Below are positions 54,273 to 64,000 of a DNA stretch of 64,000 bases, in pieces. Made by a program: the position numbers and the translations under genes. Under the pieces are notes generated by a model. The model was not told the DNA's origin. It was given only the letters and a program-made list of their open reading frames with translations, and did no database searches. Position 1 is the first letter of the stretch. Every line of letters begins with the position of its first letter. Origin of the DNA: an uncultured Acidimicrobiaceae bacterium (GTDB lineage: Bacteria; Actinomycetota; Acidimicrobiia; Acidimicrobiales; RAAP-2); NCBI GenBank assembly GCA_963803745.1, contig CAWDNL010000003.1:38379-102378 (forward strand), in the 5' to 3' direction.

Positions 54273-54898
54273 TTGTGGCGCGGTAAGAGCCAGCTCGTCA
54301 CGAGTTCCGGTGCTCGGTCGCCCCACTCCTCGGCGGTGATTGCGTAGCGCGCGTGGTCCTCCCACGCGCCGTCGATCTCTAAGTAGCGCTCAGAGATCCC
54401 TTCGAAACGCACGCCGAGCTTCTCGACCACACGCCGCGAGGGCGCGTTACGCGGAATGATGTTGATCTCCACTCGGTGCAGTCGCAGCGACTCAAAGGCG
54501 TACTGCAGCATGGTCACGACGGCCTCGGGCATCAGGCCCTGTCCGGCGACCGCCTCGTCAATCCAGTAGCCGATGTAGGCCGACTGCAGCGGCCCGCGCT
54601 GAATTGAAGAGAGCGTGATCTCACCAATAAAGCGCCCCTCTAAGAAGATGCCAAAGCCAAAGCCCGTGCCTATTTGGCGCTCGCGCTCTCGAATCGCACA
54701 GCGGCTGACGAAACTTCGGTGATCCTCGGCGAGGTGCGAGGCGTGGGCCGAACGCGGCTCCCACTTCAAGAGCCAGTCGCGACAGCGGGTGCGCACCTCG
54801 TACCAGGACTCGTAGTCGTGCTCATTCAAGGTGCGCAGCACGACACGCCGCCCGTGCAGGGAGACGGGCGAATAGATGGCGCTACGGGTCGTTACCAT
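54269..54898 (-). CDS. GNAT-family N-acetyltransferase (RimJ/RimL-like)
   Basis: 209 aa with RimJ-like pattern (GYWIDEAVAGQGLMPEAV, LHRVEINIIPRNAPSRRVVEKLG). Confidence 0.85.
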   Translation of the reverse strand: MVTTRSAIYSPVSLHGRRVVLRTLNEHDYESWYEVRTRCRDWLLKWEPRSAHASHLAEDHRSFVSRCAIRERERQIGTGFGFGIFLEGRFIGEITLSSIQRGPLQSAYIGYWIDEAVAGQGLMPEAVVTMLQYAFESLRLHRVEINIIPRNAPSRRVVEKLGVRFEGISERYLEIDGAWEDHARYAITAEEWGDRAPELVTSWLLPRHN

Positions 54899-54953
54899 GA
54901 GGGGTTTCCCACTCTCCCATCGTTACAGGTCATAGTGACTTCCGCAATCAAGG

Positions 54954-55871
54954 TTAAAGCAAGGAAAAGGCGATGCCATCAAGGATGTCACTCTCGGAAC
55001 TCAACAGTCGATCGACCTCGAAACGCGCCATTACGGCGTCCAGTACGTAGAGTCCTGCGGGTAGCACGTCCTCGCGCCCCACCACCATGCCGGGGTGGCC
55101 CAAGCGCTCCTCGGGCGTCTCGTGTGAGAGAAGGTCACGCCAGTACTGCACGGTTGAACGCGTCAACACGCGGTGATGCACGACGTCGCGATCGTAGACA
55201 CGAATTCCCGCGTCAAGTTGAGCGAGCGTGGCCACGGTACCCGCCAGTCCGACGAGTCGCACGTCGCCGACCACCAGACGAAAGTCGGGCACCGCGGCGA
55301 AGGCTCGATCGAGCTCTCCTTCGATCATCACACGCGCCGCCTGATCATTCTCGCTCGTGACAATGCCTTTGCCAAGCGCTCGCTCAGTAACTCGGACGCA
55401 ACCGAGTTGCATGGAGTAACTCTCTAGTCGGCCGTTCACTCGCGCCGCGAGCTCGGTTGACCCGCCTCCGACGTCGACGATCATCGTGGGCGTGGCGACG
55501 TCAACCAGGTCCCGGGTAGCGCCCGCGTAGGAGTTCGCCGCCTCCTCCGCACCACTCAGCACCTTCGCCTCAAAGCCGACGATGGCGTTCGCGCGATTTA
55601 AAAACGTCGACCCGTTGCGCGCGTCACGAACTGCGGAGGTGGCGACTAGTAACCCCAACCCGACACCATGGTGCTCGCACGCCTCGTGGTAATGCTCGAG
55701 AACGTCGAAGGTTCGTTCCATCGCCTCGGGGGTGAGCGTTGATGACGCGTCGACGCCTTGGCTGAGTCGCGTGATGTGCATCTCGCGGCTGAGGGTTCGC
55801 CCCTCGCCGTCAGCGACTAACAGTCGAGTGGAGTTGCTGCCGCAGTCAATCGCGGCGACGGCCTCAGTCAC
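54954..55871 (-). CDS. ppx: Ppx/GppA-family exopolyphosphatase/phosphohydrolase
   Basis: AAIDCGSNSTRLLV and VDVGGGSTEL actin-fold motifs. Confidence 0.9.
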   Translation of the reverse strand: MTEAVAAIDCGSNSTRLLVADGEGRTLSREMHITRLSQGVDASSTLTPEAMERTFDVLEHYHEACEHHGVGLGLLVATSAVRDARNGSTFLNRANAIVGFEAKVLSGAEEAANSYAGATRDLVDVATPTMIVDVGGGSTELAARVNGRLESYSMQLGCVRVTERALGKGIVTSENDQAARVMIEGELDRAFAAVPDFRLVVGDVRLVGLAGTVATLAQLDAGIRVYDRDVVHHRVLTRSTVQYWRDLLSHETPEERLGHPGMVVGREDVLPAGLYVLDAVMARFEVDRLLSSESDILDGIAFSLL

Positions 55872-56342
55872 GGACGTTGACGATGACGAGCTCTGGCACC
55901 TCGATGACCTCGGCGACCAGCGCCCCCACCGGATCGAATGAACCCGCCAGATAGTTGGCGAGGTGCGCGTGCAGGCACTTAACGCCTACGCGCGTACCTC
56001 CGACGCCACCCTGCGCTCGCACGAGATCGTCGCGCAGCGTCGCGGCCCGGCGCCGTTGTGCGTACTCGTCGTGCGCGCGACGGAGCTCCTCCACGTCGAC
56101 GAGCTCTTCAAATCGATGCACGCCGCCGCCACTCTCGAGTCGGCTCACCGTAGCGTGTAGTTCCGGGTCAACCAGCCAATAGAGCGTGGGCATGGGCGTG
56201 CCATCACGCAAGTGCGGCTCGTTCTCGATCACTACGGGACCCCCGTCGAGTCGACGAACGACCACGGCGAAGCGACCGGCCGCCGGACGCCCCAGCAGGG
56301 CTTCGACGATCGTCTGATCGTCGAGTGAGGCGTCGCGAAAGG

Positions 56343-56346
<4 letters not shown>
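55864..56346 (-). CDS. DUF501 domain protein
   Basis: 160 aa with PMPTLYWLVDP and GVKCLHAH motifs. It holds the conserved position between ftsB and ppx. Confidence 0.75.
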
Positions 56347-58083
<1,737 letters not shown>

Positions 58084-58120
58084 TCAGTTTGACCTCAACG
58101 TTACTAGGCCACCTTTGGAA

Positions 58121-59500
58121 CTAGGGACGCCCTTCGGCCTCCACGATCTCGTCACGTAACTCGAACGCGCGTTGACGCAACACCCCCTCGAGGTCAACAC
58201 CGGCAACACTCGCGGCCGCGACGAGCGCACTCAGTGCGTCACCCCACGCCCGCTCGGATCCAATCGTCGACGAATCGTATTTTCCGCCGTGCTCAAGCAA
58301 CAGCGCGCGTATCGCGCCAAGCGCTCGCTCGAAAGAGAGCTCACTCGACGCGGCGCCCAGATCAACGAGGGCAGCCTTGCGCAAGAGTTTCGTGTACAAC
58401 GTCAGCGCGGGAAGTTGCCAGGTCACGCCGTCGATCACGCTGTCGCGACCCTTTTCGTTTCGCTTCAGCACTTCCCAGCGTGAGGCCACCTCGTCGGCGC
58501 CGTTCACCGTAACGTCACCGAAGACGTGCGGATGACGACCGATGAGTTTGTCGCGCAGCGTGTCGGCGATGGAGGCGACGTTGAAGTTGCCCTCCTCGTC
58601 GCCCAACTCCGCGTGAAAGAGAACCTGGAAGAGCAGATCCCCCAACTCTTCTTCGACGTGGTCGATGACGGCGTCGTCATCGCCGCCGCTCTCTTCCAGC
58701 GCCACGAAGGCTTCGAGTGCGTCGAGTGTCTCGTAGGCCTCTTCGAGCAGGTGTCTCGTGAGCGAGGCGTGCGTCTGCTCTTGGTCCCAGGGGCACTCCG
58801 CGCGTAGTCGCTTTACGAAGTCGACGAGATCGGCCATGGCCACGCCGGCGTCACGAAACTCCTCCACCCAGAACGACGTCAGGTGATCGGCTCGCTGAAA
58901 CGACGAGAGCCCACTCGCACGCATCGTCGAGATCAGTTCGTCGTCGAGTCCGAGATGGTGAAGCACTGTGACCTCGAGCTCCGGCGGGAGCCGATCGCTC
59001 ACGCTCGCGAGCACTTCGGGCGAGTACGTTTGGAGGATCAACAGCGGTCCGGGCCCTCGAAAGTCATCGAGCGAACCCAAGGCGTCCACCACACGCAGCC
59101 CGGCGCTCATAGGGTCGCGACCGAGCGCAGCACAGGCCACGTCGATCACCGACACCGCCGGCTCCAGCACCGTCGTAACGTCGTCTCGTTCGAGCAACAG
59201 CTCCACGGTGCGTTCGGCAACGCTCGGCGAGCCGGGCACGGCGTAGATGACTTCTCGCGACTCAGAACCTACTGCCAGCGCGACGAGATCATCGACTATC
59301 GCCCCGTAGAGCTCGTCGAAGGACGCGGCGTCGTCATATAGATGGTCGTAGCTGGGAACCTGCTCGAACGCGGCGGCGCTCGGATGCACCTTGGTGCGAA
59401 GTCGCGCGACCGGTGAATCACTCAACAGCGCAGAGGTTCGCCGCGTGACGTGATCGAAAGTGCCGGGTCCGAGTCCGACGACTCGTATGACCGGCTTCAC
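58121..59500 (-). CDS. mazG: MazG nucleoside-triphosphate pyrophosphohydrolase fused to an N-terminal tetrapyrrole-methylase-like domain (YabN-type)
   Basis: N-terminal VVGLGPG ... YAVPGSPSVAERTV (TP-methylase fold). C-terminal CPWDQEQTHASL ... EEAYE ... EELGDLLFQV (MazG EExxE motifs). Confidence 0.85.
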   Translation of the reverse strand: MKPVIRVVGLGPGTFDHVTRRTSALLSDSPVARLRTKVHPSAAAFEQVPSYDHLYDDAASFDELYGAIVDDLVALAVGSESREVIYAVPGSPSVAERTVELLLERDDVTTVLEPAVSVIDVACAALGRDPMSAGLRVVDALGSLDDFRGPGPLLILQTYSPEVLASVSDRLPPELEVTVLHHLGLDDELISTMRASGLSSFQRADHLTSFWVEEFRDAGVAMADLVDFVKRLRAECPWDQEQTHASLTRHLLEEAYETLDALEAFVALEESGGDDDAVIDHVEEELGDLLFQVLFHAELGDEEGNFNVASIADTLRDKLIGRHPHVFGDVTVNGADEVASRWEVLKRNEKGRDSVIDGVTWQLPALTLYTKLLRKAALVDLGAASSELSFERALGAIRALLLEHGGKYDSSTIGSERAWGDALSALVAAASVAGVDLEGVLRQRAFELRDEIVEAEGRP

Positions 59501-60579
59501 TTATACGTGGCGGAAGCGGCGGTGAGCGGCTTGGTCTCGTTGACGTCGCTCTTGGCGGGCTTCAAAGGAACGAGGACGCTCGGCCCCGACGAACTCACAC
59601 CCCACTGTCCAAAGGCTGGGTCGACGTGCACCGCGGCGCGATAGAGCAAGTCGTTCTTGACGGCGCTCACCGAGGAGGCGTTGAGGCTGCGCAGATCGTT
59701 GAGGACCGCACTCTCGGCTTTGGCGAACGGTGTCACCGTACGCTTGGTAACCGCTACGAAGAGCGCGGCCTCACTTCCATCGAAGTTGATCTCCGAAGGA
59801 CTGGTGGAAAACGTGTCGAGCGCCAGGGACACCACATCAGAACGCACGTCGTCGTAGTACTCGCTCGACGGCGCGAAGCAGCCGTACGCGCCACCCTTCG
59901 CTGCGGAGGGATCTTCGGAGTACTTCTTCGCGAGCGCCGCGACGCTCAGTCCCGACGAAGCTGACTCTTCAAAAGCGCTCACGTTCGCGAGCGGCACCAC
60001 GGCCACCGACACGCACAGGGTGTCGTAGCTCGCCACGTGCGCTTCGTAGTAACTCTTCATCGAGGACGCGGTGAGAGGAATAGCGCTCTTCACCCGACTC
60101 ACGAGGTAGAGCGAGGTCGCCTGCGCCTGGATCTCCGCCGTGCGCATCTCGGCGGGCATTTGTGCGAGGGCCTCTGCCGAAGTGCCCGGGCAGGTGGCGG
60201 AGTGCTCCGTCGCTTCCTCGGTCATCTCGCTTTCGAGGGACGTCTTCGCCGCGGCCAACTGCGCCGCGTCGGGGTGGTACTTCAGCTGCTCGGTGACGTA
60301 CTGGTCGATCGCGAGGCCCTCGACGCGTAGATTCGCCCACGTCGCGGCGCCTTTAGCCTCAATTGACGCGCCGCCGGCACCGTTGGCGTAACTCGTCGGG
60401 TCCAGCACGTCGATGTAACACTGCAACGTGTCGTGGTGCGAGATGGCGCTCAGCTCCGCGAGAAAATCGCTCGACTTCACCGATTCGTGGTTGACCATGA
60501 TGCCTGACGATGAGCCACTGAGACCGTACAGCACGGCCCCGACCAGAGCGAGGACGAACAAGGCTACGAGGCGACGCAC
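59497..60579 (-). CDS. Membrane-anchored parvulin/SurA-like peptidyl-prolyl isomerase-type chaperone
   Basis: N-terminal TM. The C-terminal region LAKKYSEDPSAAKGGAYGCF ... resembles the PpiC-type rotamase core. Confidence 0.5.
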   Translation of the reverse strand: MRRLVALFVLALVGAVLYGLSGSSSGIMVNHESVKSSDFLAELSAISHHDTLQCYIDVLDPTSYANGAGGASIEAKGAATWANLRVEGLAIDQYVTEQLKYHPDAAQLAAAKTSLESEMTEEATEHSATCPGTSAEALAQMPAEMRTAEIQAQATSLYLVSRVKSAIPLTASSMKSYYEAHVASYDTLCVSVAVVPLANVSAFEESASSGLSVAALAKKYSEDPSAAKGGAYGCFAPSSEYYDDVRSDVVSLALDTFSTSPSEINFDGSEAALFVAVTKRTVTPFAKAESAVLNDLRSLNASSVSAVKNDLLYRAAVHVDPAFGQWGVSSSGPSVLVPLKPAKSDVNETKPLTAASATYK

Positions 60580-60596
60580 CGGGTCATTCTACCGAT

Positions 60597-63500
60597 TCAG
60601 ACTTGTGCGACATTCGTCGGCGCGTGCAGTTCATCGATCATTGAGGCAATCGCACGCGGTGTCACGGCGTTCGCCGCGAGCTCCACGCGGAACTCCTTCG
60701 TCGACTCGTTATACGCGCTCGAACCATACGTTCGACGTAGTCGCAACTGTTGGCTGATGGTCAACGTCAACGGGCCCATCTTGAGTACGGGCTTGGAACG
60801 CACCCCCACTCGCGCGGGCAGCATCACCACCGACGTGACGGCGTAGTACAGGCAGGTCAGACGAAGCTGAGCCAACTCCAAAAGTCCCTTGGTCGGCTCG
60901 GGCAACGCGCCGTAGCGGTCCACCCACTCCACCGCTAGGTCGTCGAGTTCGACGACGCTCGTCACGCCGACGAGACGGCGGTAGGCCTCCAGGCGGGCAT
61001 CGTCGGCCTCGACGTACTCCTTGGGCAGGTGGGCCTCGCCCGGAACATCGAGGTTGACTGCCACGACGTCGGGTACCCGAAAGCCCTTGGCGTCGGCCAC
61101 GGCTTCGGCGACGAGTTGCACGTAGAGGTCGTAGCCAACCGCGGCCACCGGACCGGACTGGTCGTGACCGAGCAGGTTGCCGGCGCCTCGTATCTCAAGA
61201 TCGCGCATGGCGATCTTGAAGCCGCTGCCGAGCGCGGTGTTGTCGCCGATGGTGCGCAGTCGCTCGTAGGCGGTCTCTGAGAGAACCTGATCGGCGGGGT
61301 GAAAGAGATACGCGTAGGCGCGCTGGCCGCTTCGCCCGACTCGCCCTCGCAGCTGGTGGAGCTGACCCAGGCCCAATCGTTCAGCCCGGTCCACGATCAG
61401 GGTGTTGACCGACGGCAGGTCAATGCCCGACTCCACGATGGTCGTACAGACCAGCACGTCGTAGCGCCGCTCCCAGAAGTCGATCATGACCCGTTCGAGC
61501 GGGCCTTCGTCCATCTGACCGTGCGCGACGGCGATGCGGGCGTCCGGAACGAGCTGGCCGAGGCGTTTCGCGACCTGATCAATGTCCGACACGCGGTTGT
61601 GAACGAAAAAGACCTGACCCTCGCGCAACAGTTCGCGACGCACCGCCTCCACCACGGCGGGCTCGTTGTACTCGCCCACGTGCGTGAGAATCGGTCGACG
61701 ATCGGCCGGAGGCGTCGTGATCATGGAGAGATCGCGAATGCCGGTGAAGGCCATCTCGAGCGTGCGCGGAATTGGGCTGGCACTCAGCGTTAACACGTCG
61801 ACGCCCACCGAACGGGCCTTGATGGCCTCTTTGTGCTGCACACCGAATCGCTGTTCCTCGTCCACCACGAGCAGCCCCAGCTTCTTGAACGCCACGGCCT
61901 CGCCGAGCAGACGATGCGTGCCAATCACGACGTCAATCGTGCCCTCTTGGAGACCCTTCAGCGTTGAACGAGTCTCGGCCTCGTCAACGAAGCGACTGAG
62001 CAGCGCCACCTTGACGGGAAAGCCCGCGTAGCGCTCGGAGAACGTGGCGAAGTGCTGACTCGCGAGCAGCGTCGTGGGCACGAGAATGGCGGCCTGGGTG
62101 TTGTCTTGGACGGCCTTGAAGACCGCGCGCAGCGCCACTTCCGTTTTCCCGAAGCCGACGTCGGCGCAGATCAGTCGATCCATGGGACGGGGCGACTCCA
62201 TATCGCTCTTGACGTCTTTTATGGCCTGGGCCTGATCGGCGGTCAGCGTATAGGGAAAGAGCTCTTCCATCTCTCGCTGCCAGGCGGTGTCGGGGCTAAA
62301 GGCGTGCCCCTCGGCCACACTACGAAGTCGGTAGAGGTCGACCAACTCTTGGGCGATGAGAAACGCGGCGGCGCGCGCCTTTGCTCTCGTCTTTTGCCAC
62401 TCCGCGCCGCCCATTCGTGACAGTGCCGGGCCGTCGCCTCCGGTGTAGGGCGTCAGCGCGTCGATCTGTTCCGTGGGCCAGTAGCTCTTGCCGTCTTTGA
62501 ACTGCAGTATTAGGTAGTCGCGCGTTACGCCATTGATCGCGCGTGTCGTGGTGCCGGAGAATCTCGCGACGCCGTGCTGGCGGTGCACGACGTAACTGCC
62601 GACGGCGAGATCGTCGAAAAATCCGTCGACGTTACGTGATCTCGTGCGCGCCATTCGCCGTTGACTGCGCCGTCCCGTGAGATCGCTCTCGCTCCAGACA
62701 ACGATCTCGGGCTCATCGAGGTAGAAGCCCGACGGCAACGTGCTTTCAACAACGCTCAGGCGCGACTCGAGCACGTGCGTGGGATCCGTCGTGACATCAA
62801 GCCCTTCGCCACGCAACTGTTCGGCCATTCGTTCGATCGCGGCAGCCGTTGAGGTCAAGACGACGCCGCGTCGAGCCTTGTCCCACCCGCGCACGTGAGC
62901 GGCGATGCGCGCCGCGTCGCCCTGGACCACCGGCGGGGACGATAAGAGACCTGAGTCGGCGAGCGACGAAGCACTCGTTTCAAGGGAGATCGCCTCTCGT
63001 TGTTGCATCACTTGGTCGTAGGTGAGGTGCAACAAACCAATCGGCGAGCTGGCGCGCCAGGTCAGCGCCACGACGTCGGTGAGCTCCCGCTCTTCTTCGA
63101 GCAGCTCGGCGAGTCTCGCTTGTACGCGATCGGGTTCCACGACGATGATCCGCGCGTCCTTTGTTTCGTCGAGGAGAGTTTTGGGACTCTCGACGAAGAG
63201 ACCCATCCAGCCCTCCATCCCGTCGAAGAGTTGACCCGTGGCGATCCGGTCAAACGTGGAGGTGGCCCACGGCTCGCTCGTCGACAGCAACTCGGCTCGT
63301 CGACGGGCCTCTTCACCCGGGAGCCACTCGCGCGCCGGTGCCACCACGGCGTCATCGAGGTCGTGGGTCGAGCGTTGCGTCGCGATGTCGATGGCCGTCA
63401 GACGTTCGATCTCGTCACCGAAGAAGTCGAGGCGTATCGGCTCGTCGTTCTGCGAGGGCCAGACGTCGACGATGCCGCCGCGCACCGCGAACTCCGCGCG

Positions 63501-63992
63501 GTGTTCGACCAAATGCTCGCGGCGATAACCGAGAGCGGCGAGACCTCGCGTGAAGTCGTCGCGACTGATCTCATCCCCACGGCGAAGGAGGAAGGGTTCG
63601 CCGACGTCCTCGGGCGAGAGCACCTGGGCGATCGATCGCGCCGAGGCGACCACCACACTCGGAGCGTTGCCCTCACGGATCCGCCAGCGCAGCAACGCGC
63701 GCAAGGCCATGACCTGGCTATCGGGGCTCACGCGCTCAAGCGGATGGGTGTCCCAGCCGGGCCAGAGGGCGACGTTCTCCGCTCCGAGCCAAGCGCCGAG
63801 GGCGTCCGCCACGTGTTCGGCCTCGCTCGAGGTCGCGGTCAGCGCCACGCTGAAAGGAACCTCTAACGAGAGTGACGCGATGGCAAGCGGCGTCGCATAG
63901 CTCGATGGAGTGAAAGAACCCGAGTGCAGCGACTCGCGAACCGCGGGGGCGACCACGTCAAGGACGCGTCGAAGTCCGTTCAGTTCACTCAC
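60597..63992 (-). CDS. mfd: Transcription-repair coupling factor Mfd
   Basis: 1131 aa. UvrB-homology N-terminus, the RNAP-interaction region (YVVHRQHGVARF), the SF2 translocase (GFGKTEVA, DEEQRFG) and the TRG motif region. Confidence 0.95.
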   Translation of the reverse strand: MSELNGLRRVLDVVAPAVRESLHSGSFTPSSYATPLAIASLSLEVPFSVALTATSSEAEHVADALGAWLGAENVALWPGWDTHPLERVSPDSQVMALRALLRWRIREGNAPSVVVASARSIAQVLSPEDVGEPFLLRRGDEISRDDFTRGLAALGYRREHLVEHRAEFAVRGGIVDVWPSQNDEPIRLDFFGDEIERLTAIDIATQRSTHDLDDAVVAPAREWLPGEEARRRAELLSTSEPWATSTFDRIATGQLFDGMEGWMGLFVESPKTLLDETKDARIIVVEPDRVQARLAELLEEERELTDVVALTWRASSPIGLLHLTYDQVMQQREAISLETSASSLADSGLLSSPPVVQGDAARIAAHVRGWDKARRGVVLTSTAAAIERMAEQLRGEGLDVTTDPTHVLESRLSVVESTLPSGFYLDEPEIVVWSESDLTGRRSQRRMARTRSRNVDGFFDDLAVGSYVVHRQHGVARFSGTTTRAINGVTRDYLILQFKDGKSYWPTEQIDALTPYTGGDGPALSRMGGAEWQKTRAKARAAAFLIAQELVDLYRLRSVAEGHAFSPDTAWQREMEELFPYTLTADQAQAIKDVKSDMESPRPMDRLICADVGFGKTEVALRAVFKAVQDNTQAAILVPTTLLASQHFATFSERYAGFPVKVALLSRFVDEAETRSTLKGLQEGTIDVVIGTHRLLGEAVAFKKLGLLVVDEEQRFGVQHKEAIKARSVGVDVLTLSASPIPRTLEMAFTGIRDLSMITTPPADRRPILTHVGEYNEPAVVEAVRRELLREGQVFFVHNRVSDIDQVAKRLGQLVPDARIAVAHGQMDEGPLERVMIDFWERRYDVLVCTTIVESGIDLPSVNTLIVDRAERLGLGQLHQLRGRVGRSGQRAYAYLFHPADQVLSETAYERLRTIGDNTALGSGFKIAMRDLEIRGAGNLLGHDQSGPVAAVGYDLYVQLVAEAVADAKGFRVPDVVAVNLDVPGEAHLPKEYVEADDARLEAYRRLVGVTSVVELDDLAVEWVDRYGALPEPTKGLLELAQLRLTCLYYAVTSVVMLPARVGVRSKPVLKMGPLTLTISQQLRLRRTYGSSAYNESTKEFRVELAANAVTPRAIASMIDELHAPTNVAQV

Positions 63993-64000
63993 GATCCGTT

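Overview
GC-rich, densely coding chromosomal segment of Actinomycetota type, with strong third-position GC bias judged by eye (not computed). I call about 57 intact CDS, one frameshifted CDS and one tRNA. I found no rRNA, CRISPR array, transposase, integrase, phage gene or recognisable defence gene.

Layout:
- 1-7.1 kb: small catabolic and redox genes, including a translationally coupled sphingosine-1-phosphate-lyase-like PLP enzyme plus FGGY kinase, and an HxlR regulator facing a frameshifted SDR.
- 7.2-13.1 kb: two efflux modules, DrrAB-like ABC with TetR and DHA2 MFS with MarR, plus a GerW/YtfJ-like gene.
- 13.1-21.3 kb: aldo-keto reductase, potABCD-like polyamine importer, DinB, a cytoplasmic BtuF-like protein and an APC permease.
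- 21.4-25.5 kb: GT2 plus a YfhO-like polytopic protein.
- 25.5-31.7 kb: PPK2, F420-type LLM oxidoreductase, acyl-CoA dehydrogenase, an archaeal-type riboflavin synthase homologue, thiolase and P450.
- 31.7-51.9 kb: an expanded version of the conserved actinobacterial manB ... cofD-cofE-manC cell-envelope block. It holds Trm112, manB, a 914-aa GT-C-like protein coupled to a CPBP protease, ftsH, and a 7-gene tightly overlapping glycan operon.
- 52.0 kb: a single odd tRNA.
- 52.2-64 kb: NlpC/P60 hydrolase, polyprenyl-P-sugar-synthase-like GT2, GNAT, then the conserved ppx-DUF501-ftsB-eno-mazG-PPIase-mfd block.

The items most worth a second look:
1. A 74-nt tRNA with a UAA (Leu/UUA) anticodon but a short class-I variable region, next to a gene with two UUA codons in its signal peptide.
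2. An archaeal-type RibC homologue embedded in a lipid-catabolic cluster.
3. The large envelope-glycosylation operons, built around three polytopic proteins of similar architecture.
4. The SPL-lyase/FGGY-kinase cassette.

All family calls come from reading motifs in the supplied translations. No database search was run.
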